This document shows, in pieces, positions 61,206 through 64,000 of a stretch of 64,000 nt of DNA. The position numbers and the translations under genes are program-made. Each line of letters begins with the position of its first letter. Within the stretch, counting starts at the first letter, position 1. Below the pieces are notes generated by a model. It saw nothing but the letters and a program-made list of their open reading frames with translations, did not search any database and was not told where the DNA came from. The DNA is from a virus (Duplodnaviria > Heunggongvirae > Uroviricota > Caudoviricetes): positions 52,564-116,563 of IMG/VR virus record IMGVR_UViG_2802428818_000001. One strand, 5' to 3'.

Positions 61206-63674
61206 CTATTTCATGAGGATCTTTTTCAACTCACCCATGACGGCCTTCGGCAGCTCATCGACGGAGTTGAGGATCAGGTAGTTGTCGTAGAAGCGAGCCA
61301 CGGCCGAGGACTCGATGCCGATACCGACGAGATCGAAGCCCATCTTCGTCAGGCGCTCGACCATGTATTTCAGGTGTTCATCGTCACCGTCGGCGCCAGC
61401 GGGGAAGCCGTCGGAGAGCACGATGATCACCTTGCGCTTTTCCTTGCGCTTGGCGAGACGCATCGCAGCATATTCGAGGGACTCGCCGTCGATGTTGCCG
61501 CCCATGAATGGCTGAAACTTACGCTGATAGGCAAAGCGCTTCTTCACCTCGGCATTGATGCGCTCGTGGAACTCTTTGAAGATCGGCATGTAGATCGGAT
61601 ACACACGCGAGAACTTCACGCGGCTCTTGTTGACCTCGTTCTGAAGGTCGGCATTGAACTGGCGAATACGCGCTGCATTCAGCGGACCATCATCGCCATA
61701 CATCTGCGCCGTCGTGAAGCCCATGCACTCGGCAGGAATGTTGCAGCGCTCGAGAACCTGGGCGAGCGCATAAGAGGCAGACATTGCCGTCGCCATCGGC
61801 TTCTTCGACATCGAGCCGGAGCAGTCGGACAGCAGCGCAACGGCTGTGTCTTTGGCGCGGATCTCTTCGCGGCGCGAGAACACGCGGGGATCGCCAGCCG
61901 TCAGACGATGCAGGCCGGAGCTGTTGAGCCTGCCAGAGCGCTGCCCGGCGACGTTGAAGACGCGCGACTGCGCAGCCATCATGCGCTCGATGTCCTTCTG
62001 CATGACGCCAGTCAGTGCGCGGGTCTGCTCGTCGAGCTCCACGATGTGCTTGCTGTCGAAATTCTCCGGCACGTCCAGCGTCTTGATCACATCGTATTCA
62101 CGGGTGAAGACCGAATAGTCGGCCGCCCGGCACGCTTCGATCGCCTCCTTGACGATGATCTTGACCAGCGCCGACGAGAGATCCTTCTCCTCGAGCGCGT
62201 CGTCGTTCATTTCGGAGAAGGGGTTCTGGTTCGGATCGTAGCCGATACCTGCGACCTCGAGATCGTTCTCGCCGTCTTCGCCTTCACCGTCGGTGTCACC
62301 ATCGTCGTCGTGATCGCCGGTGTCTTCGATGGCGACGTTGCTCAGATCCGGTGAGCCGTTGGCTTCTTCGCCTTCCTGGCTCTCATCATCGGGATCAGAG
62401 CTTCCAGCGTCGCCGTTGCTTTCATCATCCCCTGCCTGATCAGGCTCGCCGCTTTCATCGGCGCTGTCTTCCATCTCAGCGGGCTCACCTTCACCCTCTG
62501 CATCAGAATTCTCTGCTTCCTGCCCAGCGTCAGCAGGCTCACCATCACTCGTGTCGCCTTCGTCCTGGTCATCGTCGTTGCCGTCGCCGGCACCATTCTG
62601 ATCATCGGCATCGTCAGCCGCGCCTTCTTGATCGTCCGCTTCGTCGGAGCCTTTTCCGTCAGCGTCACCGGCATCTTCTTCGCCAGCCTGATCGTCGTCG
62701 CTGCCATCTGCGCTTTCTCCGGCAGTGTCATCGTCGTCGCCATTGTTCTCATCGTCGGCTTTTTCTTCGCCTTCGCCGGAACCTTCGTTTTCACCGTCGC
62801 CGGCATCTTCTTCCTTCTCCTCTTCGTCAGACTCGCCTTCACCGCCCGAAGCGTTGTCGTTGTCTTCGGTGTGCTCGCGCTCACCGTCGCCTTCGCCGTC
62901 ACCGGTCTGTTCTTCGTCGGAGTGATCCTTGTCGTCTTCGCCGTCGGACTCTTCCTGATCGTCAGAGCCTTCACCCTGGCTGTCGTCTTCGTCCTGTTCT
63001 TCAGGCTCGGGCTGCGGCGGGGCAGGGGGCGGTGGTGGATAGAGGATGGCCTCGACCTCGAGCGCGATCTCGTAGGTCTCTTCGGTGGACGCGAGCAGCG
63101 GCATCTTCTTCTGCGACGCCTTGCTGAAGCGCTTCATGAACTCCTTGACCAGCTCATGATCCCAGTAGTTGTTGTCGTCCATGAACTCCTGGAACTCGGC
63201 GTGGCCGGCAAGCGCGCGCATCAAGACGACGAGGAGGTAATCGAACTCGTCCTGCTTCGACTGCGCCTTCGCGATCGCAACGGCCGTGACGTTCTGCAGG
63301 AAGTATTTGCCGAGGCGCGAAATGTTCTTCTTCGAGCCGGGAAACTCATTGCCCATCAGGCGCTCAATCATCGTGTCCTCGACGATGTTGTGCAGATTAT
63401 GCAGGCGGCGCGACTTCTCGTGAGCCTTGTAGAGGAAGTCGGTGAAGAGGACGTGGGCGACTTCGTGGTCGATAAAGCCCTGGATCGCGAAAACGAAGTC
63501 CGGCTCTGCGTTGTCGGGCAAGAGCGGAATGTTGACGCGGTAGGGAAGGCCGGTGACGGGGTGCGGCTGAACATAGGCTTGTGTGCCCATTTGCGTAACG
63601 GTCAAGCCTTTGCCTGCAAGCATCGGAATGATCTTCTTGATCGCTTCGCGAAGGATCACAATGTCGTTGTTCAT
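61206..63674 (-). CDS. CobT-like VWA-domain protein with giant acidic low-complexity region
   Basis: MIDAS DCSGSMS near C-terminus; about 250 aa of D/E/G/S repeats. Confidence 0.7.
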   Translation of the reverse strand: MNNDIVILREAIKKIIPMLAGKGLTVTQMGTQAYVQPHPVTGLPYRVNIPLLPDNAEPDFVFAIQGFIDHEVAHVLFTDFLYKAHEKSRRLHNLHNIVEDTMIERLMGNEFPGSKKNISRLGKYFLQNVTAVAIAKAQSKQDEFDYLLVVLMRALAGHAEFQEFMDDNNYWDHELVKEFMKRFSKASQKKMPLLASTEETYEIALEVEAILYPPPPPAPPQPEPEEQDEDDSQGEGSDDQEESDGEDDKDHSDEEQTGDGEGDGEREHTEDNDNASGGEGESDEEEKEEDAGDGENEGSGEGEEKADDENNGDDDDTAGESADGSDDDQAGEEDAGDADGKGSDEADDQEGAADDADDQNGAGDGNDDDQDEGDTSDGEPADAGQEAENSDAEGEGEPAEMEDSADESGEPDQAGDDESNGDAGSSDPDDESQEGEEANGSPDLSNVAIEDTGDHDDDGDTDGEGEDGENDLEVAGIGYDPNQNPFSEMNDDALEEKDLSSALVKIIVKEAIEACRAADYSVFTREYDVIKTLDVPENFDSKHIVELDEQTRALTGVMQKDIERMMAAQSRVFNVAGQRSGRLNSSGLHRLTAGDPRVFSRREEIRAKDTAVALLSDCSGSMSKKPMATAMSASYALAQVLERCNIPAECMGFTTAQMYGDDGPLNAARIRQFNADLQNEVNKSRVKFSRVYPIYMPIFKEFHERINAEVKKRFAYQRKFQPFMGGNIDGESLEYAAMRLAKRKEKRKVIIVLSDGFPAGADGDDEHLKYMVERLTKMGFDLVGIGIESSAVARFYDNYLILNSVDELPKAVMGELKKILMK

Positions 63675-63686
63675 GTCGCACTCCGT

Positions 63687-63707
63687 TCAATCAGTTTTGA
63701 TTGACTA
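63687..63707 (-). promoter_or_regulatory. family B (TCAATCAGTTTTGATTGACTA)
   Basis: 12 nt upstream of CobT-like ATG. Confidence 0.5.
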
Positions 63708-63716
63708 GTTATCGCA

Positions 63717-63947
63717 CTAAAAATCTTGGACTTCAAAAGGGAAGAGCAGGAGCCCGTCGCCCACAGCAGGGATGATGATGTGGATATTGCCGTGCTCGGG
63801 ATGCGTGCCGGCAAAGACGGTGACGCCGTTCGTGTCGGTTCTGACGACATTCGCCAAGCTACCTCCCTCTGCCCAGGCTACATCGAACGGAATTTCCTGG
63901 GTGGAGTTGCGGTGAGACTTGGTGATTGTCGCTGGTGTGTTCTGCAT
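63717..63947 (-). CDS. hypothetical protein
   Basis: trimmed to MQNTPATITK...; 24-bp perfect palindrome upstream. Confidence 0.45.
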   Translation of the reverse strand: MQNTPATITKSHRNSTQEIPFDVAWAEGGSLANVVRTDTNGVTVFAGTHPEHGNIHIIIPAVGDGLLLFPFEVQDF

Positions 63948-63972
63948 GATCCGTCCTTTGTCATGTCTTAAC

Positions 63973-63996
63973 CGATCAGTCAATATTGACTGATCG
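63973..63996. promoter_or_regulatory. family B perfect 24-bp palindrome CGATCAGTCAATATTGACTGATCG
   Basis: upstream of 63947 gene at window edge. Confidence 0.6.
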
Positions 63997-64000
63997 CGAT

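Noticed and set aside
62351-63704. plus-strand ORFs of 258 and 358 aa and an apparent tandem DNA repeat
   Set aside because: Antisense to the CobT-like gene. The repeat is the codon-level reflection of its D/E/G/S low-complexity protein region, not a CRISPR or satellite.
101-63996. Reading family B boxes as sigma-70 -35 TTGACT elements
   Set aside because: TTGACT is on the antisense strand relative to the downstream gene, and the start codon follows within about 25-35 nt. There is no room for a spacer, -10, TSS and leader.
1-64000. CRISPR arrays, rRNA, integrase, transposase/IS elements, virion structural genes
   Set aside because: Searched for spaced direct repeats, rRNA-like conserved blocks, and tyrosine/serine recombinase or DDE motifs, and none were found. 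Structural and lysis genes are presumably outside this window.

Overview
This 64-kb window is about 60% GC and is coded almost entirely on the minus strand between about 2.2 kb and 64 kb. Only four short plus-strand units exist (134-2190, 4596-5602, 12975-13319, 22476-22706). Gene content is that of a large T4-like or jumbo-like bacteriophage DNA-metabolism module, or a phage-plasmid. It includes DNA pol III alpha (DnaE), a DnaQ-like proofreading exonuclease, class I ribonucleotide reductase (RNR) alpha and beta with a glutaredoxin, ThyX, dUTPase, two P-loop kinases, a gp32-like SSB, a RecA/UvsX-like recombinase, SbcC/SbcD (gp46/gp47-like), a 5'-3' exonuclease/flap endonuclease (FEN), a RuvC-like resolvase, RtcB RNA ligase, a phage sigma factor, a rIIA-like GHKL ATPase, a CobS/CobT-like AAA+/VWA pair, a (p)ppGpp-hydrolase-type HD protein and three free-standing homing endonucleases. 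The left end carries a ParA plus ribbon-helix-helix partition-like cassette. Genes are tightly packed with many ATGA stop/start overlaps. Two families of near-perfect palindromic intergenic motifs recur throughout. Family A is TTAGCGAAATCGCTAA. Family B is AGTCAGTCAATATTGA(C/T)TGA, with sense form TAAGTAAATATTGATTGA immediately 5' of ribosome-binding sites. Five otherwise unrelated proteins share a C-terminal NPxxNxPN(F/Y)GRF tail. There are two repeat-rich non-coding regions (about 4.1-4.6 kb and 8.1-9.2 kb), two low-GC islands and a tRNA-like element at about 38.5-38.75 kb. No rRNA, CRISPR array, integrase or transposase was seen. Motif and small-ORF coordinates were read by eye and may be off by a few nucleotides; CDS ends follow the ORF track, and starts were trimmed by codon arithmetic where an internal start with a Shine-Dalgarno sequence (SD) was evident.
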